DNA of 64,000 nucleotides from assembly GCA_964609095.1 (NCBI GenBank), contig CAZSQN010000003.1, positions 12,687 to 76,686 on the forward strand. Reading direction: 5' to 3'. The notes beneath the pieces are model-generated. The model saw nothing but the letters and a program-made list of their open reading frames with translations. It ran no database searches and was not told the origin of the DNA. Origin of the DNA: an uncultured Gammaproteobacteria bacterium. GTDB taxonomy: Bacteria; Patescibacteriota; Patescibacteriia; CAZSQN01. The position numbers were made by a program, and so were the translations under genes. Below are positions 36,573 through 47,046 of this stretch, piece by piece; the first letter of the stretch is position 1, and each line of letters opens with the position of its first letter.

Positions 36573-37454
36573 TTATTCTGTCCACCAATCAAAATTATCC
36601 GAAATTATGATTTCCCTTTTTTCCAAATGATGTGTTGTCTTCATGGGTACCATTCTATATTTTAGATGGTACTTATGAACCAGATTTCTAATTTTTTCAC
36701 TATCATCATAAGTCAACATAAACTTACCCTTAATTTCAGCGGCAATAACAAACAATCTCTCGTGGTCCAAATCGTAATGAGTATAAAGTCGCTTCCCCGC
36801 AGTAGTATATGGCGGGTCAATAAAGAAAAAACTGTCGGGATTATTTTTATATTGTTCAATTATTTCAAAACCATCTCCAGTATAAAAATTAATTTTATCC
36901 TTAATAAAATTAATTGCAAGTATTCTACTTTGAAGCGTCTTGGGATACCAACGCGAACGGATACCTTTCCCATTTTCTCCTTTTTTAATCAATCCAGAAC
37001 CTTTAGCCATAATACCGCCATGAAAAATTCTATTTTTAAGAATGGTGCAAAATGCAACGTCATTAATTTGTTTTCTTTGTTTTTCAAATTCCGTTTTGGC
37101 ATTTTTATATGTTAAATCAAAATTATAAATTTTATCGGCAAGCCATTTATTTTTTCCATTTAAAATAACATTCCAAACAGCCGCAATTTCTCTATCCAGT
37201 TCAACCATTGTGATATGTTCAGCAAGATTTTCAAAAGCCGCCGTCAAACTGACAATACCCCCTCCAGCAAAAGGTTCTATTAAATGAGACGCTTTCTTAT
37301 TCTGCATTAACCATTGACGAACAATGGGTATTAACCATGTTTTGCCGCCTGGGTATCGAAACGGACTGCGCTGCGGCACAGATGCAACATTAACAATTTT
37401 GTTTGATTGTTTTTGTAGGCTTTCTGTTTTTAAAATTGTTAATTGCGTTTGCAT
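36573..37454 (-). CDS. D12-class amino-methyltransferase
   Basis: FRYPGGK, EPFAGG, FIDPPY; AT-rich. Confidence 0.9.
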   Translation of the reverse strand: MQTQLTILKTESLQKQSNKIVNVASVPQRSPFRYPGGKTWLIPIVRQWLMQNKKASHLIEPFAGGGIVSLTAAFENLAEHITMVELDREIAAVWNVILNGKNKWLADKIYNFDLTYKNAKTEFEKQRKQINDVAFCTILKNRIFHGGIMAKGSGLIKKGENGKGIRSRWYPKTLQSRILAINFIKDKINFYTGDGFEIIEQYKNNPDSFFFIDPPYTTAGKRLYTHYDLDHERLFVIAAEIKGKFMLTYDDSEKIRNLVHKYHLKYRMVPMKTTHHLEKREIIISDNFDWWTE

Positions 37455-37457
37455 AGT

Positions 37458-38345
37458 TTAACTACTAATAATATCCTTTAATGTCGGGGCATCCGGTGAA
37501 TTACTTTCTAATCTTTCGTCCAATTTATCTTGGAGAAGATTAACAAAATCTGAAATATTTCCCGGCTTGGGAGTCGTCACGCAAAGCAAAGCGGGTTCAA
37601 ATTTTGTATAAACAGTATCAACTAACGTGAGATGATATTGTTTAGTATTTTTATCTAAAATAAGATCGTAAAGAAACCAAGCTATCTCTGCGTTTTCCTT
37701 TTTTACGGTTGGCAATTTCGGCAAAGTATCAAAAAAGGATTTTTGTAACGCAACGGCTTGTTTTTTGTTCCAAGTCTTAAATATTCCACCTTTATAAAGC
37801 ATCTGTGGGATAAGTCGTTTTCGTGATGAGGAGAGATAATCAGGTTTAGGATAATTATAACCCTTTGGCCAATAAAACTTGCTAGATGGCCTTTTAATAT
37901 AAGCTTCGAAAGGATTACGAAGATTGCCTGAAATATACACGCCTTGTACTTCAAGCGAGGCAAAGTCCGTCAACTGTCCTTTGTCGTTATAAGAAACTAA
38001 AACTAAATCAACATTTCCGGCTGATTCTCCATTACGGTCAAGTAATTTAACTTCAGTCAAAGACGTCCATTTGCTTTTTTCGTTGAAGAAAAACCTAGCT
38101 GCGTCTTCAACAATAAGCCACTCTTCGCGAAAACGAATTGGGCAGGTAATTACGGGCTTTCCATTATGGATAACACTACATACACCTAAAGGATTATTTG
38201 CTTTGTCTTTCGTGCAGTTAGGGACTTTATTGTTGAAAGGACACAATTTCCGATCACAATATCGTTTTGCTTTTCCCGTGTCATTGGATATAGGGAATCC
38301 AAAAATTTCAGCTAAAGGATTGGAATTATTTTGACTCGAAGGCAT
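37458..38345 (-). CDS. NotI-family restriction endonuclease
   Basis: Cys cluster CPF..CTK..GVCS..CPIRF, GNVDLVL, EVQGVYISG, KRLIPQ. Confidence 0.8.
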   Translation of the reverse strand: MPSSQNNSNPLAEIFGFPISNDTGKAKRYCDRKLCPFNNKVPNCTKDKANNPLGVCSVIHNGKPVITCPIRFREEWLIVEDAARFFFNEKSKWTSLTEVKLLDRNGESAGNVDLVLVSYNDKGQLTDFASLEVQGVYISGNLRNPFEAYIKRPSSKFYWPKGYNYPKPDYLSSSRKRLIPQMLYKGGIFKTWNKKQAVALQKSFFDTLPKLPTVKKENAEIAWFLYDLILDKNTKQYHLTLVDTVYTKFEPALLCVTTPKPGNISDFVNLLQDKLDERLESNSPDAPTLKDIISS

Positions 38346-38377
38346 AATAAAAAGAATTAATATTTGAACTTTATAGC

Positions 38378-40129
38378 TTATTCACGATCCGGCGGGACAT
38401 TCATATATTGTAACAAAAATTTGGCTATTTCTCCAAAAAGAGGCGCGGCTGTTGACTCGGCCCATTCCACATCGCGCGGATGGTCTACGCGGGCAAGCAT
38501 AACGAATTTGGGATTCTTTAGCGGCGCGAAGCCCGCGAACGAGCCAATAGTGGCGTCCTTTTCATAACCACCCCCGCCGGCCTTGGGAATCTGCGCCGTG
38601 CCGGTTTTCCCGGCCACAAAATAACCAGGAACTCCGGCGCGCTTGCCGTGACCGTTTTCCACCACCGAAACAAGCATATTGGAAATAATGGCCGAAGCCC
38701 GCGGCGAAATAACTCTGGCTGTTTCTTTTGGCGCGGTTTTTATTATTGTGCCGTCGCTGCGCCTGATTTCATCAACAATATACGGCCGCATCAGCTTCCC
38801 GCCGTTACCAAGAGCCGCAAATGCGGCCACCATCTGCAAGGGAGTCACCGCTATGCCCTGACCGAAAGAAGCCGTGGCCGCGTAGATTTCTCCGCGTTTG
38901 GACAGCGAGCTTATGTCGCCGGCAACCTCGCTCATCATTTCTATGCCGGTTTCTTCGCCAAATCCGAATGCCTTTACATAGCGGCGGAACTCGCCGTCAT
39001 CAAGCTGCCTCATGGCAAAAACGGCGCCGGTGTTAAGCGAATTCTGAAGCACCTGCGCCATGGTCTGGACGCCATTTGCTTTTCCGTCAGAATTTTTAAT
39101 TTCATGCGGCCCTATTTTCACGCTCCCGGTGTCGGTATAGGCGGTGTCAACCGAAACCTTGCCCGCGTCAACTGCCGCCGCCATGGTAATGGGCTTAAAA
39201 ACGGAGCCGGGTTCATATTGAAAAAAAATTGCCGGATTGTTAAAAACGGAAACATTCTCCACTTCCCCAAATTTATTCGGGTCATAATCAGGGTAAGAGC
39301 ACATAGCCAAAATCGCGCCCGTTTCCGGTTCCATAATAATCACCGTTCCTCCGTCGGCGCTGTGGCGCTCCACGGCTTGGCGCAATTTATCGCAGGCGAC
39401 AAATTGGATGGTGCGGTCAAGAGTAAGCACGAGATCAGAGCCGTCGCGCGCGAAAACCGGCTTGCGCCCGGCTCCAAGCAATCCGCCTAATCCTGATTTT
39501 TGCGAGGCAATCCTTGCCGGAGTTCCGGCCAGCTCCTTTTCAAAATATCCTTCAAGCCCGTATCTGCCCTTTCTGCCGCCCTCATCCTCTCCCACAAAAC
39601 CGGTAATATGCCCTCCCAAGCGCCCCTCGGGATAAACGCGCATAACCTCCCGTTTCCATTTTATTCCTTTGATTCCCAGTTCCTTTATTTTTTGCGCTTC
39701 TTCGTCGGAAACTTTTCCTTTCAAGGGTTCATAAGGGTCGCCGGAACGATTAAGCTTATCGGCAATCTCCTCCTCTTCCAAACCCAAAATCGGAGCGAGT
39801 TTGGCCGCCGCCCCATTAGGGTCAGCAATGTCTTTCGGCTCCGCGTAAATTGCGTAAACGACCGTGTTGGCCGCCACCGGCTGAAGTTCCGCGCTATCCC
39901 TGTCGCGCACAAAAATTTCGCCGCGGACGGGATTGAGTTTTGAAAAAATATCCTGCCTGCCGGAAGCTATGCCGTTATAAACGTCATAATCCACGACCTG
40001 CAGCAAAAAAAGCTTGACCGAAAGCAGAACAAACGCAAAAACCAATCCTTTGGCAAAAAACGGAAGACGTTTAAGCGAGGCGTCTCCGCGAATTTTCCAT
40101 TTTTCTCCGGATCTGGCAAATCGCGACAT
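38378..40129 (-). CDS. ftsI: Class B penicillin-binding protein (FtsI/PBP2-like)
   Basis: RGEIF.R, RVYP, EPGSVFK, SLN, KTGTAQ. Confidence 0.88.
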   Translation of the reverse strand: MSRFARSGEKWKIRGDASLKRLPFFAKGLVFAFVLLSVKLFLLQVVDYDVYNGIASGRQDIFSKLNPVRGEIFVRDRDSAELQPVAANTVVYAIYAEPKDIADPNGAAAKLAPILGLEEEEIADKLNRSGDPYEPLKGKVSDEEAQKIKELGIKGIKWKREVMRVYPEGRLGGHITGFVGEDEGGRKGRYGLEGYFEKELAGTPARIASQKSGLGGLLGAGRKPVFARDGSDLVLTLDRTIQFVACDKLRQAVERHSADGGTVIIMEPETGAILAMCSYPDYDPNKFGEVENVSVFNNPAIFFQYEPGSVFKPITMAAAVDAGKVSVDTAYTDTGSVKIGPHEIKNSDGKANGVQTMAQVLQNSLNTGAVFAMRQLDDGEFRRYVKAFGFGEETGIEMMSEVAGDISSLSKRGEIYAATASFGQGIAVTPLQMVAAFAALGNGGKLMRPYIVDEIRRSDGTIIKTAPKETARVISPRASAIISNMLVSVVENGHGKRAGVPGYFVAGKTGTAQIPKAGGGGYEKDATIGSFAGFAPLKNPKFVMLARVDHPRDVEWAESTAAPLFGEIAKFLLQYMNVPPDRE

Positions 40130-40137
40130 ATTTTTTT

Positions 40138-41310
40138 CTACATGCCAACGCCAAAATCATACAGCCCGCCGGGCCCGTTGGGATTTTGAGCGTTATTTAC
40201 TTCATCGCCGTCCGAGATTCCGTCGCTGTCCGTGTCAGCCAAATTTGGATTGCTGCCATAAAATCTTTCCGCGGTATCAGGCAGCCCGTCTTTATCGGCG
40301 TCGCTATTAAAATCTGGCAAAGACGGCATCGCCGCGGGAAGCGGAGCGTTGTTTTGATTTATAAAAAACTGGCTTGCCGCCGGCGCGCCGGGCATAAGGC
40401 GGCGCGGCGATAAACCTTTGCCAACCGCCTCTTCCAATGTTTTTGCCTCTTCTGGAACTTCTACCGCGACCGGCTTATTATGATTGTTCAAGAGCAAAGA
40501 AATTTCCACTTTTTCTCCTTTGGAGGTATTGCCTGCTGCCAAAAACTTATACGGCCAGCGGCGGAAGATGCTGGCCCAAACGTCAATCTGGGATTTTCCG
40601 ATTTCTTTGATTCTGGCGTCTATCTCATCCAGTTCTTTGCCGCTAAGCTCGCGGCCGGCAAAGGTTTGCTCGTATTCAATTAAAAATTTTTTAAACTTTT
40701 CGGGGTCGGGAATCAAAACCAAATGAATGGTCCAGGCGCCGTCAATTTTTTCAAATTTGTTTTTTCTTTCTATCTTAAACGGCTTATGCTTCGCCAAAAG
40801 CTTAATCGCCGTCTGCCGCTTTTCGGCGCTGATTTTATCCGCCAGCGCATCCGGCGAAATGGATTTGGGAATGCGATTAACCGGAAATTTCAGCCAAACA
40901 TTCAGGTATTGACCAAACATTCCGCCAAAAATCTCCGGCAATTTTAAAATTTTTAAATAACCGGCGTTGTCTTTGTATCTCGCCTCCAGCCGGGCGAGAA
41001 TTTTGCTTTCTTCCGCTCCGGCTTCCGCGTCAATAAAACCTGATAATAACGGGTTTGCCGGATTCTTCCAGCTGTAATCCCCTTTTGCCAAAACAGAGAT
41101 TTCCGTCTCCTTGCCCAATGCTCCGCCTCCCAAAGGAGCAATCTGCGCGTTAACCGAAAGTTTGCTTTTCGCGCGCGCTTCCACGCGCGCGGAATTCAAG
41201 GACTCAATTTTTTTAAGCATGTCCGCGTAAACGCGCCGCGGGCTCACCCAATAGACGGCGGCCGCTCCGATTGTTAAAAAAACAATTCCGAAAATAAAAA
41301 TCTTTTTCAT
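40138..41310 (-). CDS. Membrane-anchored protein with C-terminal DxDxDG Ca-binding repeats
   Basis: N-terminal TM; DADKDGLPD..E, DTDSDGISDGDE. Confidence 0.7.
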   Translation of the reverse strand: MKKIFIFGIVFLTIGAAAVYWVSPRRVYADMLKKIESLNSARVEARAKSKLSVNAQIAPLGGGALGKETEISVLAKGDYSWKNPANPLLSGFIDAEAGAEESKILARLEARYKDNAGYLKILKLPEIFGGMFGQYLNVWLKFPVNRIPKSISPDALADKISAEKRQTAIKLLAKHKPFKIERKNKFEKIDGAWTIHLVLIPDPEKFKKFLIEYEQTFAGRELSGKELDEIDARIKEIGKSQIDVWASIFRRWPYKFLAAGNTSKGEKVEISLLLNNHNKPVAVEVPEEAKTLEEAVGKGLSPRRLMPGAPAASQFFINQNNAPLPAAMPSLPDFNSDADKDGLPDTAERFYGSNPNLADTDSDGISDGDEVNNAQNPNGPGGLYDFGVGM

Positions 41311-41375
41311 AATATAAAAACAGTATGATACTGCCGCCATAATATCATATTAAGGCCGGCCCGTCCCGCGTTTTT

Positions 41376-42065
41376 TCATTTTCCAAAACGCCGCTCGCGA
41401 TTTTGGTACCAGGCCAAGGCCTCGTCTAAATCGCTTTGTTCAAATTCAGGCCAATGTTTTTGCGCAAAATATAGTTCGCTGTAAGCGCCTTGATAAGTTA
41501 AAAAGCCGGATGTCCTTTGCTCGCCGGAAGTGCGGATGATTAAATCCGGATCTGACGCTTCCGGCGCGTACAAAAATTTTCTAAGCGATTCTTCCGTCAT
41601 CGTTTCCATCTCCATTCCAGAGCTAATCGCCTTTTTCGCCGCGTCAACAATCTCGGCCCGGCCGCCGTAATTGATGGCAATGTAGAGCGTTCCCTTTTTA
41701 TTTTCCGCTGTTGCCGCTTCCGCCTCGGGAATAGCGCCAGCCACATTTTCGGGCAAACCCTCGCGCCGGCCGATAATGCGAAGTTTTATTCCACGTTTCG
41801 TAAATTCGCCCAATTCTTTGGTCAGGGCAAAATGAAGAAGATTCATTAAATAATCAACCTCTTCTTTAGAGCGGTTCCAATTTTCAGTTGAGAAAGCAAA
41901 GGCGGTCATCTCGCTAATGCCGCGGGCAAAACACCAATCGGCAACTTCTTTTAATTTATTATAGCCGCGCCTGTGCCCTTCCAAAGTTGGCAACCCGCGG
42001 CTTCGCGCCCAACGCCTGTTGCCATCCATAATAAAGGCAATGTGTTTTAAGCTGGTATTTTCCAT
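41376..42065 (-). CDS. uppS: Polyprenyl diphosphate synthase
   Basis: IMDGNRRWA, FSTENW, NYGGR, IRTSGE. Confidence 0.96.
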   Translation of the reverse strand: MENTSLKHIAFIMDGNRRWARSRGLPTLEGHRRGYNKLKEVADWCFARGISEMTAFAFSTENWNRSKEEVDYLMNLLHFALTKELGEFTKRGIKLRIIGRREGLPENVAGAIPEAEAATAENKKGTLYIAINYGGRAEIVDAAKKAISSGMEMETMTEESLRKFLYAPEASDPDLIIRTSGEQRTSGFLTYQGAYSELYFAQKHWPEFEQSDLDEALAWYQNRERRFGK

Positions 42066-42066
42066 A

Positions 42067-43356
42067 TTACAGATATTTTCTCCCTTTTAATTCCTCCGGC
42101 AGATATTCCTGCTCCACCGGTCCGGCAAAGTCCGGATTGTATTTGTATTCTTTGCCGTAGCCAAGATTCTTCATCAGCTCTGTTGGCGCGTTCCTAACAT
42201 GAAGCGGTACCGGAGCGTTGCCAAAATTCTTAACATCTTCTTGAACCAAGCCGTAGGCCTTATAGAGCGCGTTGGATTTAGGAGCGCGTGATAAGTAGAC
42301 AACCGCTTGCGCTAAATTAACATTGCACTCCGGCATCCCGAGCATATGAGCCGCCTGATATGCGGCAACCGCCTGCGGCAAGGCATTCGGGTCTGCCAAA
42401 CCAATGTCTTCCGAGGCAAAACGGATAAGCCGGCGAGCAATATAAAGCGGGTCCTCACCGGCCTCCAGCATCCTGCCCAGCCAGTAAAGAGCGGCGTTCT
42501 CGTCGCTTCCGCGCATTGATTTATGAAGCGCGGAAATGATATTGTAATGCTCTTCGCCCAGACGGTCGTAAAGCAGATTTTTTTTCTGCAAGGCGGAAGA
42601 GATATGCTCTTTTTTTAAAAAAATAACGCCGTCATTGCCGCAAGGAACGGACTTGGCCGCAAGCTCCAAAAGCGAAAGAGCCAGCCGCGCGTCGCCATTG
42701 GCAAGCGAAGCAATGCTTTTAAGCGCTCCTTCTTCGGTTTGTATCTTAAAGCCGGCCAGACCGCGCCCGGCGTCACTTATCGCGCGAGTAAGAAGCGATT
42801 CTATTTCTTCCACCTTAAGCGGTTCCAGCACAAAGACCCTGGCGCGCGACAGAAGCGCGTTATTTATCTCAAAACTGGGATTTTCGGTTGTCGCGCCGAT
42901 AAGCGTAATAGCTCCCCTCTCTATATATGGAAGAAGCGCGTCCTGCTGGACCTTGTTCCAGCGGTGGATTTCGTCAATAAAAATAATAGTGCGCGTCCCG
43001 GAATAAGCGCGGCGCGCTTTCGCCTCCGCAAGCATTTTGCGCAGCTCTGCCAATCCGGACGAAACGGCGGAAATATGCTCAAAATGGGATTTGGTTGCTT
43101 TGGCGATAATGCCGGCAAGAGTTGTCTTGCCGACTCCCGGAGGCCCCCAAAAAATAAGCGAAGGAATCTCGTCTTTTAGCAAAAGAGTCCGCAAAACGCC
43201 TTTTTCTCCCACAAGCGCCTCCTGTCCGACAAATTCATCAAGAGTGCGCGGCCGCATCCGTTCCGGCAACGGGGGGTAGTAGAGCTTCGCTTCACTACCC
43301 CCCATCGGCGCCTCGCTCTTTAATTTCTCCTCTGCCGCGTTGGAAAATAAATCCAT
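42067..43356 (-). CDS. rarA: Replication-associated recombination protein A
   Basis: GPPGVGKT, IDEIHR, GATTENP, SALHKSMRGSD, ASEDIG. Confidence 0.95.
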   Translation of the reverse strand: MDLFSNAAEEKLKSEAPMGGSEAKLYYPPLPERMRPRTLDEFVGQEALVGEKGVLRTLLLKDEIPSLIFWGPPGVGKTTLAGIIAKATKSHFEHISAVSSGLAELRKMLAEAKARRAYSGTRTIIFIDEIHRWNKVQQDALLPYIERGAITLIGATTENPSFEINNALLSRARVFVLEPLKVEEIESLLTRAISDAGRGLAGFKIQTEEGALKSIASLANGDARLALSLLELAAKSVPCGNDGVIFLKKEHISSALQKKNLLYDRLGEEHYNIISALHKSMRGSDENAALYWLGRMLEAGEDPLYIARRLIRFASEDIGLADPNALPQAVAAYQAAHMLGMPECNVNLAQAVVYLSRAPKSNALYKAYGLVQEDVKNFGNAPVPLHVRNAPTELMKNLGYGKEYKYNPDFAGPVEQEYLPEELKGRKYL

Positions 43357-43441
43357 ATTTGTCCTACGAATCTTAACGCTTTAATTGATTTGAATCAATA
43401 TATCTGCTAAAATGACACGAGCTTTGATTTCTAAGATTATT

Positions 43442-43513
43442 CGGGGTGTAGTTCACCGGTAGAACGCTCCGTTCGGGTCGGAGAGGCAGCAGGTTCAATT
43501 CCTGTCACCCCGA
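43442..43513 (+). tRNA. tRNA-Pro(CGG)
   Basis: CGGGGTG/CACCCCG, CTCCG-TTCGGGT-CGGAG, GCAGG-TTCAATT-CCTGT. Confidence 0.95.
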
Positions 43514-43539
43514 ATAATTTTAGAAGACGATTTAATTTT

Positions 43540-44052
43540 ATGCGTTTGTTTTCTGCGGGAATTATAGATAGTTATATTGAACCGAAATTTGGTAAATTCG
43601 CAGATGAAACTGATAAGATTCAAGGAGTGCCCAGCCGCTCTATTCCTATTTCTTGGAGCGACCTTCCAAAAAATACAAAGAGTTTGGCCTTGATCATGCA
43701 AGATTACGACGCCATACCTGTTTGCGGTTTCAGCTGGATTCATTGGACCGTGGCAAATATTGATCCGCCAAAAAATGAGTTGCTGGAAAATGCAAGCCGC
43801 AATGATGCAAGCATCATCCAAGGTAAAAATAGTCTGGCCCCAAAACAAATCTGCGGTGAATCGCCCGAAAGTATCACAAACTTTTATGGAGGGCCGAGAC
43901 CGCCGGACAAAAATCATGAATACGAAATAACTCTTTTTGCTTTAGATACAAAACTTAATCTCTCTACTGGATTTTGGCTTAACGAACTTGTTAAAGCCAT
44001 GAGAGGACACATCTTGGATTCATCCCCAATTTACGGCATCTATCGCGCGTAA
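43540..44052 (+). CDS. YbhB/YbcL (PEBP) family protein
   Basis: DYDA, WIHW, YGGPRPP..H.Y...FALD. Confidence 0.9.
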   Translation: MRLFSAGIIDSYIEPKFGKFADETDKIQGVPSRSIPISWSDLPKNTKSLALIMQDYDAIPVCGFSWIHWTVANIDPPKNELLENASRNDASIIQGKNSLAPKQICGESPESITNFYGGPRPPDKNHEYEITLFALDTKLNLSTGFWLNELVKAMRGHILDSSPIYGIYRA

Positions 44053-44089
44053 TTAAACCCAATGGAAACACGTTACAAAAGGATAAAAT

Positions 44090-44671
44090 ATGAAATATGT
44101 TAAAAATACAACTTGGGAAGATGTCTTTAAGGGATGGCGCGATCGAGAAGCTAATAATCCCGGTTGGGTTCACTGCGCTACAAAAATTAAAGGATGGCCT
44201 GATTGGGAATCATGGAGGCGATTTACCGCCAAGCAGATAGACGCCGAAGATCGTAAGTGGCAAATATTTGAATTTTCCAATCCAATGGAAGAAGTTTCCC
44301 AAATGCTCATTGGCCCATATTCGGGTTGGCAATCAAGAGTCATCAGTAAAAACAGCACAACATTCCAAGAATTATTGGAGATTCCTGAACAGTATGAGCA
44401 TTTCAGCAAACACGAAGGAGTCATATCAATTTTGAACGGTTTACCATTTACGACAGAATTTATCGGGCTTCTTCGAGAAGATATAAATAAGGTTGTATGC
44501 GTGGAAGGACATCATCGCGCTACCGCAATGGCGTTGGCCGGACAACAAAAAAGACAGATAGACTTCAACAATCATAAGATAACTATTGCCTTATCTCGTC
44601 TTCCTGTTAAAGAATGTTATCTATTTGATGAACTGCTAAAGAGAGGGTCATCGAAAAATACTCAGAGTTAA
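44090..44671 (+). CDS. Hypothetical protein with ParB/Srx-like motif
   Basis: VCVEGHHRATA. Confidence 0.55.
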   Translation: MKYVKNTTWEDVFKGWRDREANNPGWVHCATKIKGWPDWESWRRFTAKQIDAEDRKWQIFEFSNPMEEVSQMLIGPYSGWQSRVISKNSTTFQELLEIPEQYEHFSKHEGVISILNGLPFTTEFIGLLREDINKVVCVEGHHRATAMALAGQQKRQIDFNNHKITIALSRLPVKECYLFDELLKRGSSKNTQS

Positions 44672-44767
44672 GGAATAACCATATTTTTTTATTTACCATC
44701 TTCTTGATATCTATCATTCTTTTTGCTAATCTGCCAAATGTCCTAAAATAACGACAAGGAGGGCGAA

Positions 44768-45382
44768 ATGCCTGGATTTCTAAGCCATCCGTCCGGACAA
44801 ATGTTCTTTAAAATTCCAAATAACAGCATCATGATGTCCTATCTTATTGAAGCCGTGCCGAACGAGTGGCGGTGCGTCTTCGGACACCTTTGCGCTTCCA
44901 GAAATCTCATAGAAATGGGCAGGGCGCTTCAATTAACCGGCATCTCCCTTGATGGCGGTTGCCAAATAGTCGGCGGCTATGACGCTAACGGCAAACCAGC
45001 AAATCCCAACATCTATTCCATGGCTCTGCTTGGGATGATGCCAGGTTTTGTTGATTTCCGCGTCCATACATACGGCAGAGGAAGCATCGCCGATATTAAA
45101 AATCTTGCCATTGGCCTTGTCGTTAGCGGATACCGCGGTTCGCTTCTTTTTGGCAAATCAACTCCGGACGATGACAATGAGGTTCTGTATATTGACCCGT
45201 ACGCGGCGGCCTGTTCGCTTGAACTTGCGCCGTGGAACGGGCATCCTAACGGAAACGAACCAGGAGAACAGCCGGCTCGCATCAAGCTTTGGTGGAATAA
45301 ATCTCTTGAGGGCAAAAAAGATGACATCTGGCCTATTGCCAGAATTTGCCAAAAATTGCGCTTGGAAGAATATACGCCGTAA
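44768..45382 (+). CDS. Hypothetical protein
   Basis: SD AGGAGG, own promoter, downstream terminator at ~45408-45435. Confidence 0.65.
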   Translation: MPGFLSHPSGQMFFKIPNNSIMMSYLIEAVPNEWRCVFGHLCASRNLIEMGRALQLTGISLDGGCQIVGGYDANGKPANPNIYSMALLGMMPGFVDFRVHTYGRGSIADIKNLAIGLVVSGYRGSLLFGKSTPDDDNEVLYIDPYAAACSLELAPWNGHPNGNEPGEQPARIKLWWNKSLEGKKDDIWPIARICQKLRLEEYTP

Positions 45383-45468
45383 AGCAACAGAGCGGACAAA
45401 CCCCGACAACGCCGATTAAATCGGCGTTTTTTTATTTTCTTTTTGCGCGGTAAAAGTGTAAAATCTAA

Positions 45469-46104
45469 ATGGATATGATTTTCAAAGACCGTGTTGAAGC
45501 GGGGAAAAAATTGGCAGCAGCTTTGGAAAAATACAACCGCTCGCCCGAAGCCGTTATTTTAGGATTGCCGCGCGGCGGCGCAGTTGTGGCGGCGGAAGCT
45601 GCCAAATTGCTTAATTTGCCGCTTGATATAATCGTGCCGCGCAAAATCGGCGCGGAATTTAATCCCGAATACGCCATCGGCGCCATTACCGAAACCGGCG
45701 AAACAATCTGGAACGAGGAAGAGCGGCAAAATGCCGATCCGGAATATCTAAAAAGAATTATCAAGGAAGAGCAGGCCGAGGCCATGCGCCGTCTTAACGC
45801 TTACAGAGGAGCGCGCCTGCCGCGAGATATTAAAAATAAAATCGCCATACTTGTTGATGATGGCGTGGCTACGGGACTGACTATGCGCGCGGCGATAAAA
45901 ACCGCGCGAGCCGAACGTCCTAAAAAAATAGTCGTCGCCGTTCCTCACGGCGCCGGGGATTCAATGGAGATTATTAAAAAAGAAGCAAACGAGATAATCG
46001 TCCTATTCACTCCGGCCGTCTATGGCGCCGTCGGGCAATTTTACGAATCGTTTGAACAAGTGGAGGATAACATCGTCATTAATTTATTAAAACAAGCCGA
46101 ATGA
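45469..46104 (+). CDS. Phosphoribosyltransferase (type I)
   Basis: FKDRVEAG, GLPRGG, VDDGVATG, VGQFY. Confidence 0.9.
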   Translation: MDMIFKDRVEAGKKLAAALEKYNRSPEAVILGLPRGGAVVAAEAAKLLNLPLDIIVPRKIGAEFNPEYAIGAITETGETIWNEEERQNADPEYLKRIIKEEQAEAMRRLNAYRGARLPRDIKNKIAILVDDGVATGLTMRAAIKTARAERPKKIVVAVPHGAGDSMEIIKKEANEIIVLFTPAVYGAVGQFYESFEQVEDNIVINLLKQAE

Positions 46105-46994
46105 TAATTTTTCCAACCTCTGCCAATCCCGCCCTGTCAGGACGCGTTGCCGAACTCATGGGCGCGAAAATCAGCTCCTGCCAGATAAGCAAATTTAGCG
46201 ACGGCGAGCCGCGTTTTCAAATTACCGCCCGTCTTTTGCCCGGTCCTTATGCCGTTTTTGGCTCGCTAAACCAGCCGGAGACAAACATTAGAGAAATGCT
46301 CTGGACGCTTAATGCCGTAAAGCACTGGAGCGGGCAAGGCGCGCGAGCCGTTATTCCCTATCTCGGCTATTCGCGGCAAGACAGAAGCGAGCCAAAAGGA
46401 ACTGCCGTTTCCGCCGAGCTTGTGGCCGGATTTTTATCCGCTGCCGGCGCGAACGGAGTTATGGCAATTGATGTTCATAGCCCGCGTGTTATAAATTATT
46501 ACACTATTCCGTTTATTAACATTTCTTCCGCGTCCCTGTTTGCCGGGCAGCTTAAAAAAATAAATACGGCTGATTTGGTTTTAGCCGCCCCCGATGAAGG
46601 CGCCGGCGAACGCGTCCGGGAGGTTGCCAAACTCTTGAATCATAAAGATATCGCGGTGGTAAAAAAACGCCGCGACCCTATTGCCGGCCGCGTCCGCGCT
46701 CTGGAGTTTGACGGCGATGTCAAGGGAAAAAACATATGTTTTATTGATGATATGATAGATACCGGCGGAACCTTGATGGAAGCGGCAAAATTGCTTAAAT
46801 CCGCCGGCGCCAAAAAGTTTATGGCCGTTGCCACTCACGGCATTTTCAGCTCAAACGCTTTTGGCAACCTGCAAAAATCCGGATTTGAAAAAATCTTAAC
46901 CACCGACACTATCGCGCGGCCCAAACCGCCCAAATTCGTAACTGTTGTTTCCGTAGCCGCTTTGCTTGCCAAAGAACTTGCCCGCTCAAATTGA
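46101..46994 (+). CDS. prs: Ribose-phosphate pyrophosphokinase
   Basis: FSDGE, PYLGYSRQDR, PDEG, DDMIDTGGT, THGIF. Confidence 0.93.
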   Translation: MIIFPTSANPALSGRVAELMGAKISSCQISKFSDGEPRFQITARLLPGPYAVFGSLNQPETNIREMLWTLNAVKHWSGQGARAVIPYLGYSRQDRSEPKGTAVSAELVAGFLSAAGANGVMAIDVHSPRVINYYTIPFINISSASLFAGQLKKINTADLVLAAPDEGAGERVREVAKLLNHKDIAVVKKRRDPIAGRVRALEFDGDVKGKNICFIDDMIDTGGTLMEAAKLLKSAGAKKFMAVATHGIFSSNAFGNLQKSGFEKILTTDTIARPKPPKFVTVVSVAALLAKELARSN

Positions 46995-47046
46995 TAATGG
47001 TGTATAATTAAAATATAAATAAAACTAATTTATAATTTTATAAATT

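Noticed and set aside
35264-38388. 13-bp repeat AGCTTATTCACGA at the ends of murF and ftsI as att sites
   Set aside because: It brackets murF as well as the R-M genes and reflects a shared Arg-Glu-stop ending.
43514-44671. Integrated island at tRNA-Pro
   Set aside because: AT-rich cargo, but no integrase or duplicated tRNA 3' end was found.
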